NCBI RefSeq assembly: GCF_018350175.1
Contig: NC_058368.1
Coordinates: 169,634,001-169,698,000 of the forward strand
DNA length: 64,000 nt
Direction of reading: 5' to 3'
Source: Felis catus
Lineage: Eukaryota
Positions 11,537 to 23,740 of this stretch are shown one piece after another. Numbering within the stretch: the first letter of the stretch is position 1; every line of letters starts with the position of its first letter. The notes under the pieces are model-generated. The model was given only the letters and a program-made list of their open reading frames with translations. It was not told the DNA's origin and searched no databases. Both the position numbers and the translations under genes were made by a program.

Positions 11537-13908
11537 CTTTCTCGCTTCGAGTAAACTCTGCCTGCTTGTAGGGACGGAGAGACACTGTTGTCTGTTGCCT
11601 ACATAAGTGTGGTATCAAGCACTAAAAAAGATCATGCTGTGAACTCTTTTCGCCAGTTGTATTTCAGCTTGTGTGTACATATTTTTTTCCACTTCTTTAC
11701 TCGCAATAGAAGAACAAACAAAGCCAACTAAAAGAAAATGACTTTGGAAAAAAAATTTTTTAATTAAAAAATGACTTTGGTAAAACAACACAAAGCAAGC
11801 ATGGCCATCTTTTTCAAACTAAGAATTTTTGACGTATTTTGTTTACTGTTGAAAAGAAAATAATAGAAATAAATTAAAATGATGTAGATGCAGAGCTAGG
11901 AAGATATTAAAATCAACACACTGCATTATATTGTTATCAATGATTTATTTGGCCATGTGACAAATGTTATAAATGTTCCAACTTTTCTCTAGACCCTAAA
12001 GAGAACGTTTCTTGTTCACATTAGACTAGTATACTTTGGAAAATAATTTGAATTTAAGAAGCTAAATATTTAGAACAATTTTGATTAGATTGTATATTAA
12101 CGAGGGTTTATATATTCATCATTAGTAATTCCCAATCTAATATTGCCAATGAGGAAACTCTGAACAGCTGCCATCTAGAATTCTAAAATATCACTCGTTG
12201 ATAAATGTGCAACATAAGCACCATAGCTCAACAAAATGAAGTGCAATTTTCTCTTCAGTCAGAGAAAAGAGCAAGTTCAAGATTAGTTATGCATTAAACA
12301 GTCCATTTGGGGAGGCTAATTAGAGAGAGAAGACCTTGAAATAGAAGTCATCAGAAAAAGCCAGCAGATGAGTCTTTTTGGAGACTTAATTTGTCCTTTG
12401 TCACAGACAAGAACACCTGTGAAAAGTGCAAGTTGCCCTCATTCAAACTCTGGTTATGAGGTTCAGAAGGTTTTCTAATCCTAGAGAAAAAAAAAAAAAA
12501 AAAACAACAATAATGGTTCATGAGACTGTCTTTAGGGGTTCTGGTGCCTTTTGAGTTTCAGGTTTCCAAATCAGTATAACAGGCATACAAATTAAGTGCC
12601 CAAAAAAAGACTTGGGCACAAGAATTTGGATTGTTCTCTTTTCCCCAGGACTTTACAAGGACTGAGAATGAAGAAGGCATATAGTGTTAATACAGTTACA
12701 TTTTCAACAGGAAATCTAACATGTGAAAAAAAGTATCTGAATTCTATGCCATTTACATGCACTCAGATTAGTATAATTCTCACTCCAACCACATAACAAT
12801 GCTCTGAAGCTGCCCCAGTTTAATGTCACATATTATTTTTTATAGTTCATTAATCAAAAACAAGAAAGAAGTAATTCTTGTGTAAGTTGTAATCACTTTA
12901 GTATCATTAATGTGCCAATTTCCTAGAAAATTCAGATGATATTTTTAAACAAATTTGTGTTAGATGATTAGTATCCAGAAGGTTTCTCAGTATTTTCACA
13001 AAAAAAGGGCAAGGGAAAAAAATGTTTTTGAGAAGGGTAAGAGTGTCGATTGTCCATTATGAGGGATGTCTACCAGAATTAGTGATCACTCCCATGAAAT
13101 ATCTCTGAGCAGACTGTCCCGGGCCTGTCTTTTCTATGGAATGGATAAAATGCCCTCAAGAAAAGACCAGAATCATAAATTAAGAGGTTTTTTTCCCCTT
13201 AGAGGCTGTTTTCTGAAGAGTTGGCAGCCCAGCCCTGAAGCAAGATAGGCCAGAAATTCAACTCTTAATCTTTATCAGTGTCAAAACCCCTCAGATGATC
13301 CATTAAAATCTAAGACCATGTATTTTCTCTTCAGAAAAACTATTTTATTGTAAAAAGACTAGTTTTGTTCTTCATGTGCAAGTAGCGAGGCCAAGGAAGG
13401 TCACTTGTGGTGATTGCATAATGAGGCTTTGTGAATGGCTGACCTCACCCACTCCTCTGAACTTAGAGTAGGAAGTGCTTAAAGGCCAGAGAATTACCTC
13501 TGGGTCATACCTTTCAGTGCTCTTTCACTTCCCCTCAAGTCTTCCTTACCTTTGTAGGGGAAGTATGTAGGTCCCAAGGGGACAAAATATCCTATTGACC
13601 TAAATAGATTACTGCAAGTATATGCTTCTTGGAAAAAAGCTCCAAATCTCCTCAGTCTATGATCTCACCCTGTGGATCACCTCATTCATATTTAATTCCC
13701 ACAACCAGAGAAAATACTCAAACTGTTGAACAACTAATAAGGCACCTTTATGGATAATTCAAATGGCACCCTGGAATAATGTTGGAACAGGGTCCTGGAG
13801 GTCCCTCCACCTTTAGTTAGAAGATTATGGACAAGGCAGATAAGGAGGCTTGGGGAACACTGTAGGCCCTGGGGCAGTGGTTATTTACCAACTTATATAG
13901 AATTTCAA

Positions 13909-14105
13909 TTTTTTTGTTTTGTTTTGTTTTCTTTTTGAGAGTGAGAGCATGTGCATGCATGGAGGGGCAAAGGGAGAGGGAGAGAATCTTAAGCAGGCTC
14001 CACACCCAGGAGGTGGGGCTTGATCTCCGGAACCAATCCTGAGATAATGACCTGAGCGGAAATCAAGAGTCAGTCCCTCAACCAACTGAGCCACCCAGGC
14101 ACCTC
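13909..14105 (-). mobile_element. CanSINE, older carnivore-wide type (SINEC_b-like)
   Basis: 'gagagaatcttaagcaggctccacacccag...gacctgagcggaaatcaagagtcag...caaccaactgagccacccaggcacc'; TSD agaatttca on both sides. Confidence 0.92.
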
Positions 14106-14159
14106 AAGAATTTCAGTATTTTAAGTCAATACAGCTGTATGAGTGTGAGCTATCTGGAT

Positions 14160-14285
14160 GGAAGCCCTGCTCACAGCACTATGAGGTAGAAATTACCATC
14201 TCTGTTTCATAGTCAAGGAAATGGAGACTCAAGAGGTTAAGTATTTCTGCCCCCGTCACTCAGCTAGAGGAAGACAGGGAGGAGG
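14160..14285 (-). mobile_element. MIR fragment
   Basis: 'ctcacagcactatgaggtag...tctgtttcatagtcaaggaaatggagactcaagaggttaagta...gtcactcagctag'. Confidence 0.7.
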
Positions 14286-14626
14286 GTACCCAGTCTGGTA
14301 AGACTTTTATGTGACGTTTCTCTTAGCTAGGCCGGCATTTATCAGCTCCTCAGTACCAAGTGTGATGTGAAAACAAGTTTAGATATGTCCTCGCCTCTCC
14401 CCCATTCTGGGAAGTTGGCCTGGCTCCAAGAAGACCAGGGAAGTGAGCTCCTACAAAGAAAAAGTGGTTTCTGTCCCACACCCGACCTCAAGAGTTGCAA
14501 GAGCCCATGGCCTTGTTCAGGCTGCATAAGACCCCACTCAGTGCGTTCCTGAGTAAGAGATGGAAACCTGAGGAACCTTCTATTCTGAAATTGTTTTGGG
14601 AACAGAAGGCTGAAATACAGTCCTCT

Positions 14627-14833
14627 CTCTCTCTTTTTTTTAATATTTTATTTATTTTTGGAAAAGTGCAATCGGGGCAAAGGTTAGAGAGAGGAGGACA
14701 AAGGATCTGAAATGGGCTCTGTGCTGACAGGCTGACAGCAGTGAGCTAGATGCAGGCCCTGAACTTGTGAACCATGAGATCAAGACCTGAACTGAAGTCG
14801 GTCACTCGACCCACTGAGCCACCCAGGTGCCCC
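14627..14833 (-). mobile_element. CanSINE (felid subfamily with internal 'gctgacag' duplication)
   Basis: Perfect 16-bp TSD tgaaatacagtcctct (14611-14626 / 14834-14849); body 'ggatctgaaatgggctctgtgctgacaggctgacagcagtgagc...ctgagccacccaggtgcccc'. Confidence 0.95.
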
Positions 14834-14899
14834 TGAAATACAGTCCTCTTACATGTACTTTTTTCTCTTCTGCTTTTCTCTCTGAAGATCAGTGAAGTA

Positions 14900-16010
14900 T
14901 ATGAAGGAAATGAATTTTCTTTTTTTCTTTTTTAAATTTCTTGAAATTCAAAACATTTCAGTGTTATCTGTAAAATTAACATATACTCATTGTAGACAAC
15001 TGAGAAAAAAAAAACAGAAGGCAGCTTCAAAAATTACTTATGTTCCTACTGCCTGCTATTTTATTTCTTTATGTACACAGTCTTGGAATCATACTTATTA
15101 GTGTTTTAAAGTTGTTTTAAAATTATCACTTTTTTAATGCTATTTTTGGAGTAGTTTTATGAACTCCCTCCCCCCCATTTTATTACCTTATCTTGGACAT
15201 TTATTTGGTAAGTGCTGTCTTGTTGGTCACTGAGAATATTTCCAGTGTTTCACCGTTCTGCATTATGCTCCATCTAAATCCGGATAACATGACTCTCTGA
15301 CTCACCACAGACTGTTTCCTTAGGAAAAAATCTGAAAAAACTCAGTTTACAGAGACAAGAATGTTGAGAGATTGTATTTAATGGCCCTTTGTGGGGTTTT
15401 TTTTGTTTGTTTTTTTAGTTTGTTATAACAAACCTTTGACCCACGGTTATTATCATGTTACTGCTTGTCTTACTTTTTTCCTTTAACATCTTTAAAGATT
15501 TTGGGTATTGAACTAGCATTTTTCACATCAAATAATAGTTCCCAGTGTATTGTTTAACAATTGAGATTTTTTGTATAGAAAACGTTTCCATTTTATGACC
15601 AATTTTATTGCCCTTTTCTATTTTGATTCTTACATTGGCCAGTTCTTTAAAAGACAGGCCAAACATCAAGATCTGGTATTAAATATATTGTCTTCTCATT
15701 TGTTTGAGGCTAATTTTTAACATTTCACTCTTTAAGCCATCAGAAGTTTTATGTGGTTAAAGTCAATTCTTTTCTTCAAAATAGTGATGAAGTTAACCTA
15801 GTACTATTTATTAAATATTCATTATTTTCCCCATTATGATATGATACTGCATTTATCTTACACTAAATTGTTATATATGCAAACCCTAAATATTCTGTAT
15901 ACAAACCAAGTATTGGTTTCTTGGCAATTTGTTATGTCCTATTGATGTACCTATATTTCCTTGAAGCGATTCATACCACTTTGTTTATTGAAACAAGAGT
16001 CATAATGTTA
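14900..16010 (-). mobile_element. Very old degenerate L1 (L1ME-like) fragments
   Basis: T-rich with antisense L1 motifs ('tttaacatttcactctttaagccatcagaagtttt', 'tactattttattaaatattcattattttcccca', 'gtattggtttcttggcaatttgttatgtcctattgat'). Confidence 0.45.
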
Positions 16011-16274
16011 CTACAAAAGAATTACTGTCTGTGCTTAAATTTTGATTTTTAAAAACCCTATTTAATTTAAAGAACTGAATAATTACTTACTAAGATATGT
16101 ATGTACATAATTTATTTATGAAAGCTTCATTACCAAAGGCTTTCGAATATTTTAAAAAAATGTAACAGTACAACAGAATGATAATAGATGAGAAAAAATT
16201 TAAAAATAAGGTAAATTCAGGGGTCACATTAGGATATGAAATGATTGTCACAGTAAACCAGAATTACTTTATCT

Positions 16275-16420
16275 TTTTTAAAGTTTGTTTATTTTTGAAA
16301 GAGAGAGAGAGAGAGAGACAACACTCTGTCAGCGCAGAGCTCGATCTCACAAATTGTGAGATCATGCCCTGGGCTGAAATCAAGACTCTGACACTTAACA
16401 ACTGAGCCACCCAAGATCCC
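16275..16420 (-). mobile_element. CanSINE with internal deletion
   Basis: Tail '(T)aaagtttgtttatttttgaaa(GA)n' runs directly into 'ctgtcagcgcagagctcgatctcac...gagatcatg...ctgagccaccca'. Confidence 0.88.
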
Positions 16421-16829
16421 TCAGGGTTATTTTAGAATAGGCCATGTATTATCAGTTCTAAGCATTATATTAATGAGAGCAAAGAAAACACTGTGACCAG
16501 TTACAAGATTCCAAGATTAAGTGATAGAAATTACATTTTCATGAGTTTCTGCTTTCCTAGTTCTGAGACCTAGAGTGGTGGCAAACATTTTGGATTACAT
16601 CCCAGAAATGGCAAGTACGTCCCTCCCCCGGCTAGTGCTTTCAAGGTATTTCTGTGTCACTATCAAAGCACTTTTGGTACTATACTATAATAGTGATGCA
16701 TACTTTCCTCCCTACCCCCTACCATGACCTTCCCAAACCCAGCCTGTAAACTTCTTCAATGCTTGTTTTCATAACTTCTGTGACTGGCATAGTGCTTGGA
16801 ACAGTAGAGGGCTCAAAAATTATGAAAAG

Positions 16830-16951
16830 GAGGTACCTGGGTGGCTCAGTCGATTAAGCTTCCAACTCTTGATCTCAGTTCAGATCTTGATCTCAGGGTC
16901 ATGAGTTCAGAACCCACATTGGGCTCAGTGCTGAGCGTGAAACCTACTTAC
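16830..16951 (+). mobile_element. Short ancestral CanSINE (SINEC_old-like, no CT linker)
   Basis: 'gaggtacctgggtggctcagtcgattaagc...ctcagggtcatgagttcag...gtgaaacctactta'; TSD aaaaattatgaaaa on both sides. Confidence 0.9.
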
Positions 16952-17057
16952 AAAAAATTATGAAAAAGAAAAAAGGGAGGGAAAGGAGAGAAGAAGGAAG
17001 GAAACTACCTAGTAATCAACCTGGATTGTTTGAAGTTATCACTGGCTATCACTGACC

Positions 17058-17784
17058 TATTTTATTCTTTTGGATGCTATTGTAAATGAAACTATTTTCC
17101 CCAATCTCCTTTTTACGTAGTTTGTTGTTAGCGTATAGTAAGGCAACTGATATTCATATGTTGATTTGTGTATGCTGCAACTTTACTGTATTTGTTTATT
17201 AGTTTTAATATTTTTTTGGTGTCTTTAGGGTTTCTTATATACAAGATCATACCATTTGCAAACAGGGACACTTTTACTTTTTTCTTTCTGATTTGCATGC
17301 TTTTATTTCTCTTTCCTGCCTACTTTCTCTTTCTAGGTCTTCCAGCACTTTGTGGAATTGAAGTGGCAAGAGTGGACATCTTTGCACTGTTCTTGATACT
17401 AGTTTTCAGCTTCAGTATGATGTTAGCTGTGGACTTTCATGTATAGCTTTTATTAGATTGAGGTACATTTCTCCTATACATAGTTTATTGAGCATTTTCA
17501 TCATGAAAGGGATTTGAATTTTATCAGACACCCTTTCTGCATCTATTGAGATGATCATGTGATTTTTATCCTTCAGCCTGTTAATGAAGCATATCACATT
17601 AATTGATTTTCATATGTTGAACCATCTTTGCATCCCAGGGAAAATATCACTTGGTCATGGTGTATGATCCCTTTAATGTGCTGCTGAATTTGGTTTGCTA
17701 GGATTTTATAGAGGATTTTTGTATCTATGTACATCAGCAATATTGGCCTTTAGTTTTCTTGTGGTGTTTTTGTCTGGCTGGTAT
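17058..17784 (-). mobile_element. L1 ORF2 reverse-transcriptase fragment (decayed)
   Basis: Minus ORF 17412-17597 '[35 protein letters not shown]' matches the L1 ORF2p motif '[35 protein letters not shown]'; frameshifted. Confidence 0.95.
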
Positions 17785-19304
17785 ATTATTCAGCCCAGTT
17801 ATTGTGTTTTTCAGCAACCTGATCGTTACTTGATACTTAAAAAAAAATCTTATCTGTTTGCTGACATTCTCACTTTGTTCATGCATTGTTCTCCTGACCT
17901 CAGTAAGCATCATTATCATGGTTATTTTGAATATGAGGTAAATCATATATCTCATTTGATTATGATCAGTTTCTGGAGATTTATCTGGTTCCTTTTGGGG
18001 AAGGAACATATTTTCCTGTTTCTCTATTTTTCTTGACTCTTTATGTTGGTGTCTGTGTGTTGTATAAAATAGCACTTCTCAGGAACCTGGGTGGCTCGGT
18101 CAGTCAAGCGTCTGACTTTGGCTCAGGTCATGATCTTGTGGTCGGTGAACTTGAACCCAGCATTGGGCACTGTGCTAACAGCTCAGAACCTGGAGCCTGC
18201 TTCAGATTCTGTGTCTCCCTCTCTCTCTCTCTCTGCCCGTCCCCTGCTCAGGCTCTGTCTCTGTCTCTGTCTCTGTCTCTCTCTCAAAAATCAATATACA
18301 TTAAAAAATATTTTTTTAAATTTCCACTTCTCCCAGTCTTCATGGACTGACCTTGTAAAAGAGAAGACCCTCAGCAATATGCCCAGCCAGAGATTCTGGA
18401 GGCCTCTCACAGCTTTGTGCTTATCCAACCTGTTCTCTTTGTTCTTAGCAGCCCCAAGGCATCCAGAGTTCACCAGGTCCTGTCGGTACTCCGAGACAAA
18501 TGAGACTAAAGCCAATTCTTCCGGCAGCCCCAGAAAAGTTGAATTGTTGAACACTCTGTCCGACTCCCTCTCCAAAGAGAAGCTGGGATTTGAGGGGTTT
18601 TGCCTGTCTGCTCTGTTCTGGGTCGGCAGGAACAGCTGTGGTGACCAGTTGTGTGCTGGATCAAATTGCTGTCTTTGTTCTCTGTGGACTACACAGGTCT
18701 AGTGTATGTGAGGCCCCCTCAAGGCTCTGAGACGGGCAAGACTGAAGCCAGTTCCTCAGGCAGCATAGGAAAAGCTGGGACTTCAGGTGTGTAATTCAAC
18801 TCTTTCCCTCCTCAGGGAGCAGTTGGGGCTTATGGCCCGCTCACTCTGTGCGGAGCTCGAGGGAGGAGCCATGGTGACTGCCACCGGCACACCAATTCAA
18901 ACTACCACTTTGTTCTCTGTAACCCCAGGGAACTAGCCAATGCCGGCCCTGCCAACTCTCTGAGAGAGGCTAGTTATAAGCCAGACCCTTGGGTGGCACT
19001 CAGCAAAGTTGGAACACTACATCTATGTTCCAACTCCTTTGCTCCTTAGGGAGGAACTGGGAGATGAGAGTTCCTTCCTGGTCATATGGCTCTGTACCAG
19101 GAGTGGGGATTATGATGAGTGTTCTCTGTTTTTAATACTGGCTTTGATGTGGCTGGATTTGCACTTGCCCAGGGTGTAGGAACCTTTCACCTAGTTTCTG
19201 GATTTCTCACAAAGGGTTTTGATCCATGTGCTGTTGTTGAATCATTGTGTCTACACAGGGAGGGAACGTTTAGGGCTTCCTATTCCACCATATTCCTGAT
19301 GTCA
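17785..19304 (-). mobile_element. L1 5' UTR and ORF1 N-terminal part (old L1M/L1MA-type), interrupted by a SINE
   Basis: Minus ORF 'KQENMFLPQKEPDKSPETD...FKITMIMMLTEVRRTMHEQSENVSKQI' resembles L1 ORF1p; upstream GC-richer 5' UTR with ~235-bp repeats ends at 'gggcttcctattccaccatattcctgatgtca'. Confidence 0.8.
18081..18320 (+). mobile_element. CanSINE (SINEC_Fc2-like) inserted in L1
   Basis: 'ggaacctgggtggctcggtcagtcaagcgtctgactttggctcaggtcatgatc...(CTCTGT)n'; degenerate TSD ending cacttctc. Confidence 0.95.
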
Positions 19305-19724
19305 AGAGAGCCCCAGCCTGTACTTGTAACTAGTTCCTGGAACCCTCCAGGGTCCTAAATTCTGTCCCCATCACTCAAAGCGGTAGGAATGGGATTTTAA
19401 GCTTTTGGCTCACTCTCCCCAATCCCAGTCCTGACAGTGCACTGTATATGCTCATATTAAATGGCACCAGATGATTTTTATTGTCAAAGTGATGGAATTT
19501 TAGGGACAGGATCATTTCCAGTTAATAGTGTGACGTTAGTAATTGATAGATTTAGCTTCAGCCTCAGAAGCTAAATCCAGCTCACTCAACTGCCTTCAGC
19601 AATGCTATAACTTAGTTCAAAAGGACCGTTTGGAAAGCAGAGTTGCCAGCTGCTTGCTCACTGCACCTAAGATAAGGGAGGCCCATTCCCTTCACTTATT
19701 CTCTGACCATAATGAGCTCACAGC

Positions 19725-20282
19725 ATCTGTCAGGACTCATTGCTCACACACAAAAAAGGACTTACCTTAAATCAGTTTAAGCATGAAATGAAACTCAAAG
19801 CAACTAACTCATATAACTCATGTAACCTGTGCAATTAAAATGTCCAGGGAAAGTTGAGTTGGGGGTTCAAACCAAGCCCTGTCCCCAAGCTTCAGTTTCT
19901 CTCTTTTTCTCTCTCTTCACCTCTCAGCTCTGTTCTTGTGCGTTGGCATCAATCTTAGGTCGGTCCTTCCCACAGGTCTTTAGCAGTGCTTGCTCTATAT
20001 CCTACTCACGTGTTAAACTCACAAGAAAACTTCCCTTTTCATTTTATTTTCGTCTCTCCTAATAGCTGATAGCCAAAGTCCCACCATCTGAAACTCAGTG
20101 GTCTGTCTCAGAATCAGACACTCTTCCTTGAGGATTGAAATGTTCTCAATGTCCATTACCAGAAATTTAGGCTTGAGGTCAGCCCTGGACCAACTACATA
20201 GATCAAATGTGGACAAGGGTTGGTTCCCTAAAGGAAAATCCAGTCATGGAGTTAAAATACGAAGGAATGGATCTTGAGTAGA
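19725..20282 (-). mobile_element. Old MLT1 (MLT1K/L-like) LTR, with terminal piece at ~20802-20828
   Basis: 'gtcaggactc...aaatcagtttaagcatgaaatg...ctcatgtaac...tccaggga...ctctcagctctgttcttgtgcgttggcatcaatcttagg...ggttccctaaaggaaaatccag'. Confidence 0.55.
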
Positions 20283-20801
20283 TACAATGGTTAATTTTAT
20301 GTGTCAGTTGTTTGGGTCTCAGGGTGCCTGGATATTTGGTCAAATTATTTTGGGTATTTGTTTGGGGGTGAAATTACATTTAAATCAGTAGATTGAGTAA
20401 GTCAGACTGCTCTCCCTAATGTTGGTGGGCATTACCCAATCAGTTGCAGGCCTGAATAGAAAAATGTTGACCTTCCCCCAAGTGAAAGAGAATTCTGTGT
20501 ATCTGAATACATTTGAACTGGGCTTTTCCTTGCCTTCGGACTCAAACTGAAACATCAGCTCCTCCTGGATCCTGAGACTTTGGATTGAAACTTACACCAC
20601 TGGTTCTCCCTGTTCTCAGGCCTTCAGATTCAGACTGTAACTACACCATCAGCTCTCCTAGGTCTCCAGCTTGTGGAATCACCCTGCAGATCTGGGGACT
20701 TGTCATCCTCCATAATAGTGTGAGCCAATTCCTTTAATAAACATCTTTATATTTATAGAAATATCCTTGTTCTGTGTCTTTGGAGAACCCTGATTAATAA
20801 A
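20283..20801 (+). mobile_element. MLT2 (MLT2B-like) ERVL solo LTR
   Basis: 'atggttaattttatgtgtca...gggtgcctggatatttggtcaaa...gattgagtaagtcagactgctctccctaatgttggtgggc...cataatagtgtgagccaattcctttaataaa...tctttggagaaccctgattaata'. Confidence 0.9.
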
Positions 20802-21282
20802 GTGGGCAAAACAGTAGAAACTCTCTACGTTCTCCATTTCCTCTCTAAATCTCTGTTTTCTTTAAGACCCTCTGTTCTATCTATTTGCATCTTCTCCTTC
20901 CTATCCCTGAAATAAGTGGGTTTCCTATTCCAGAGCTCATCCTTAACTTCTCCTTTAAAGTCCTCCTTTATTTTATTCTTGAAAAACTAGGCATCACCTA
21001 CTTTATAGTTTCACAGGGCACTGGAGTTCCTCACGTCTGCTCATTCTGTTTCCACATAGACTTTTCTAGCTTCCCTACCTTTAAGGAATAAAGCACATTT
21101 TTTTGTCCACCTACTATGCACAAAACAATGTCTTAAATGTGTTAAATGTCTTATGGAATATGGATAGGAAATACTTGGTTCTTTCTCACAAACAGGGCAA
21201 GAGTCGGATAATCATGGTTTTCTCCTCCCCTCTGCTAACCTTGCTTTCTTACTCATATCTGATCAAGCAGCTTATGATATTT

Positions 21283-21500
21283 AAAAAAAATTTTTTTAAT
21301 GTTTATTTATTTTTGAGAGAGACAGAGACAGAATGCGAGTGGGTTAGGGGCAGAGAGAGAGGGAGACACAGAATCAGAAGCAGGCTCCAGGCTCCGAGCT
21401 GTCAGCACAGAGCCCAACGCAGGGCTCCAACTCATGAGCTGTGAGATCATGACCTGAGCCAAAGTCAGTCGCTCAACCAACTGAGCCACCCAGGTGCCCC
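21283..21500 (-). mobile_element. CanSINE (SINEC_Fc2-like)
   Basis: Full-length antisense copy; perfect TSD cagcttatgatattt (21268-21282 / 21502-21516). Confidence 0.97.
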
Positions 21501-21936
21501 ACAGCTTATGATATTTTTAAGAACTATATTTTGTTCCCAGAACTGCTGTTAGGCTAGTAATTAGGTTCTGTGACCAGGTGTAATAAACCAGAGTGACGAC
21601 TAAAAAAGCGTGGAATTAGCTTGAGTAGCAAGTTAGTGGTGAGTGGTGTGAGAATTGGTCCCTCAGGGTGGGTAGAGCCTGTTAAAGTTGAGTCAAAACC
21701 AGAGATGGTGTTGGTGTGTCTGACTGGGGAGTGACATCAATTACAAATGGCACAGTAGGAATCCCTCCCCCCACATATCTGGTTTACCTTTTAGGAGCCA
21801 ATCTGGCATACTGTAAATGATTACAAGGCACAGGATCAGATCTGGTGCCTCCATTGTCCTAATGTGAGATAATGGGGAGGTCACTTCACTTTTCGGGGTT
21901 TGCTTCCTCCTCTGTAACTTGAAGGTAGTGAGCCCC

Positions 21937-22112
21937 CAAGGCTTACTTCATGGTTGTGCTAGCTCAGAGCAGTCCCTCAGAATCCCATGCTTAGAATGGT
22001 CCCACACTTGGGTTAGTGCTTTCCTGTCCCTGTCTTGACATTCTTAATGACTTTTAATAAGGGGCCCATTTTCACTTTGTACCGGGACCTACAAATTACG
22101 TAGCTGGTCCTC
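21937..22112 (+). mobile_element. MER91A-like hAT-Tip100 element
   Basis: 'cttcatggttgtgc...ccatgcttagaatggtcccacacttgggttagtgct...gtcttgacattcttaatgacttttaataaggggcccattttcactttgtaccgggacctacaaattacgtagctggtcct'. Confidence 0.8.
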
Positions 22113-22129
22113 TGGGTTCCATACGATCC

Positions 22130-22388
22130 CTAGGTTTGTTCTGTGGCATAAGGGAGCCAATGTCCTATTAGTTTGGAAAAAAATATGTTAACTGTTAACA
22201 AAACTAAATAGATTTCTGTGTTTGAGGACATCACAAAGTCTTTAGTATGTTAATATGCTTTGTCATTTTCCAGGAAGGGGATGTGAAAGTCACTTTCTAA
22301 ACTTATTTGACCACAAAGCCCCTCCACTTTTTTTTCAAAATGCATCTCATGTAACAAGTATTACAATAATACATTCTGGGGGATGTTG
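22130..22388. mobile_element. MER103C-like hAT-Charlie element
   Basis: 'gtttggaaaa...gttaacaaaactaaatagatttct...aggacatcacaaagtctttagtatgttaatatgctttgt...ttccaggaagggg...aaacttatttgaccac'. Confidence 0.7.
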
Positions 22389-22659
22389 ACCCCCATTCTG
22401 GGGGATGTATTCTTAGGGTTCTGTCATCTCTACCAAACTTTACTTCTTTGATAATTATGAGTCATATGTGAAGAGTGGAGGTGGGGGGTAGAAAATAAAG
22501 CTGGAATTAAGGAGTGGGGATAATGCTATATCATGCCCCAGGACTCTGTTGCAAGGAAGAGTTATGCTGTTCTAGTCTCATCGAAGCCCATGCAGACCCA
22601 CAATTTTTTCTCCCCTGAATTTTTGCTTGTGTTGTTTTCTCTGCTTAAATACCCTCCCC

Positions 22660-23467
22660 CATCTTCATCTAGTAAATTTTTGTTGTCTTTTTCTTCCAAA
22701 ATGCATCTCAAATTGATCTAATTTTATATCTATCAGCTTCACCCTCTTACAAGACATACCACAAGTGGACCAATGCTATTGTCTCCTAACTCACCTCCTG
22801 GCTCCAATGCATTCTCCATGGCATTCTGACTCAACTCCTCCTTTCAAAATGCAAATTGGCCTCATGCCACTGCCCAGCTTAACACTCTTCAAAGATCCTG
22901 CTACAATTAGGAGAAAATCAAGAATACCCCCCATGGCCAAAGGCCTGACAAAACCTGAACCTCCTCTACTTCTCCAGCCTCTTCTCAAGCTGGCCTGCCC
23001 ATTTCTCCCATTCTCTAGCTACAGTGACCTTGTGAGTTTTCCTTCATAATCCCCAAATGTTTTTTTTTTTTTTTTTAAGGAACTTTTTACTCACTGCTCA
23101 CGGTATCTTGAACATTCCAACCTCTGCTTTTCAAATGGCTTGTTTTTTCTCATTCCTCAGGTCATCACTAAAAAATCAATTCCTTAGTAAGACCTTCTCA
23201 GACCACTTTGCCAAACTAGGTACCCTTACCCCTACCACCAATACCACCTACCCCTGTTAGGTCACTACCATCAGGACATACTAGTCATTCAATTCTTAGT
23301 ATCCATAGTAATCCATATTCAATTAACTTGTTGGCTTGTTCATTGTCTAATTTATCACTATATTGTAGAGGCCTTGAGAGCAAGGATTATGTCCCTCTTG
23401 TGTTTCTAGTTCTTAGCACATGCCTAGATGTTCACTAAATATTTATTGACTGAATGACTGAATGAAT
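22660..23467 (+). mobile_element. L2 LINE 3' portion
   Basis: Pyrimidine-rich L2 body ('gtctcctaactcacctcctggctcca', 'cattcctcaggtcatcactaaaaaatc', 'ccttgagagcaaggatt') ending 'aaatatttattgactgaatgactgaatgaat'. Confidence 0.85.
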
Positions 23468-23479
23468 TCCTAAAGGTGT

Positions 23480-23740
23480 GTATCAAATGCTAACTCCTTA
23501 TTGATGATATCTTTCCTGATTTTTTCCAATCAAAAATGAGTCTCTTTTGTCCTGTAGCTCTTTAGCTGAACTCCTTTATAGCTCTCGTCTTTGCCTCTTA
23601 GCATTATGTGTGGGTTTACTGTATCTTCCTAGTTCCTCAAGTTCCTGGAGCAGTATGTCACTGATCTTTTTATGCCCATGCTGTGCCTGGCACAAAATAG
23701 GTGCTCCATAAATTCCGATTGAATTGATTTGAATAATTGA
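23480..23740 (+). mobile_element. Second L2 3' fragment
   Basis: 'aagttcctggagc...tgtgcctggcacaaaataggtgctccataaatt...gaattgatttgaat'. Confidence 0.55.

Noticed and set aside
17412..17597. Reverse-transcriptase-like peptide
   Set aside because: Frameshifted L1 ORF2 relic, not an intact or novel RT system
18091..18702. Longest ORF in the track (203 aa)
   Set aside because: Chimeric read-through of a SINE into antisense L1 5' UTR; non-ATG start and no domain
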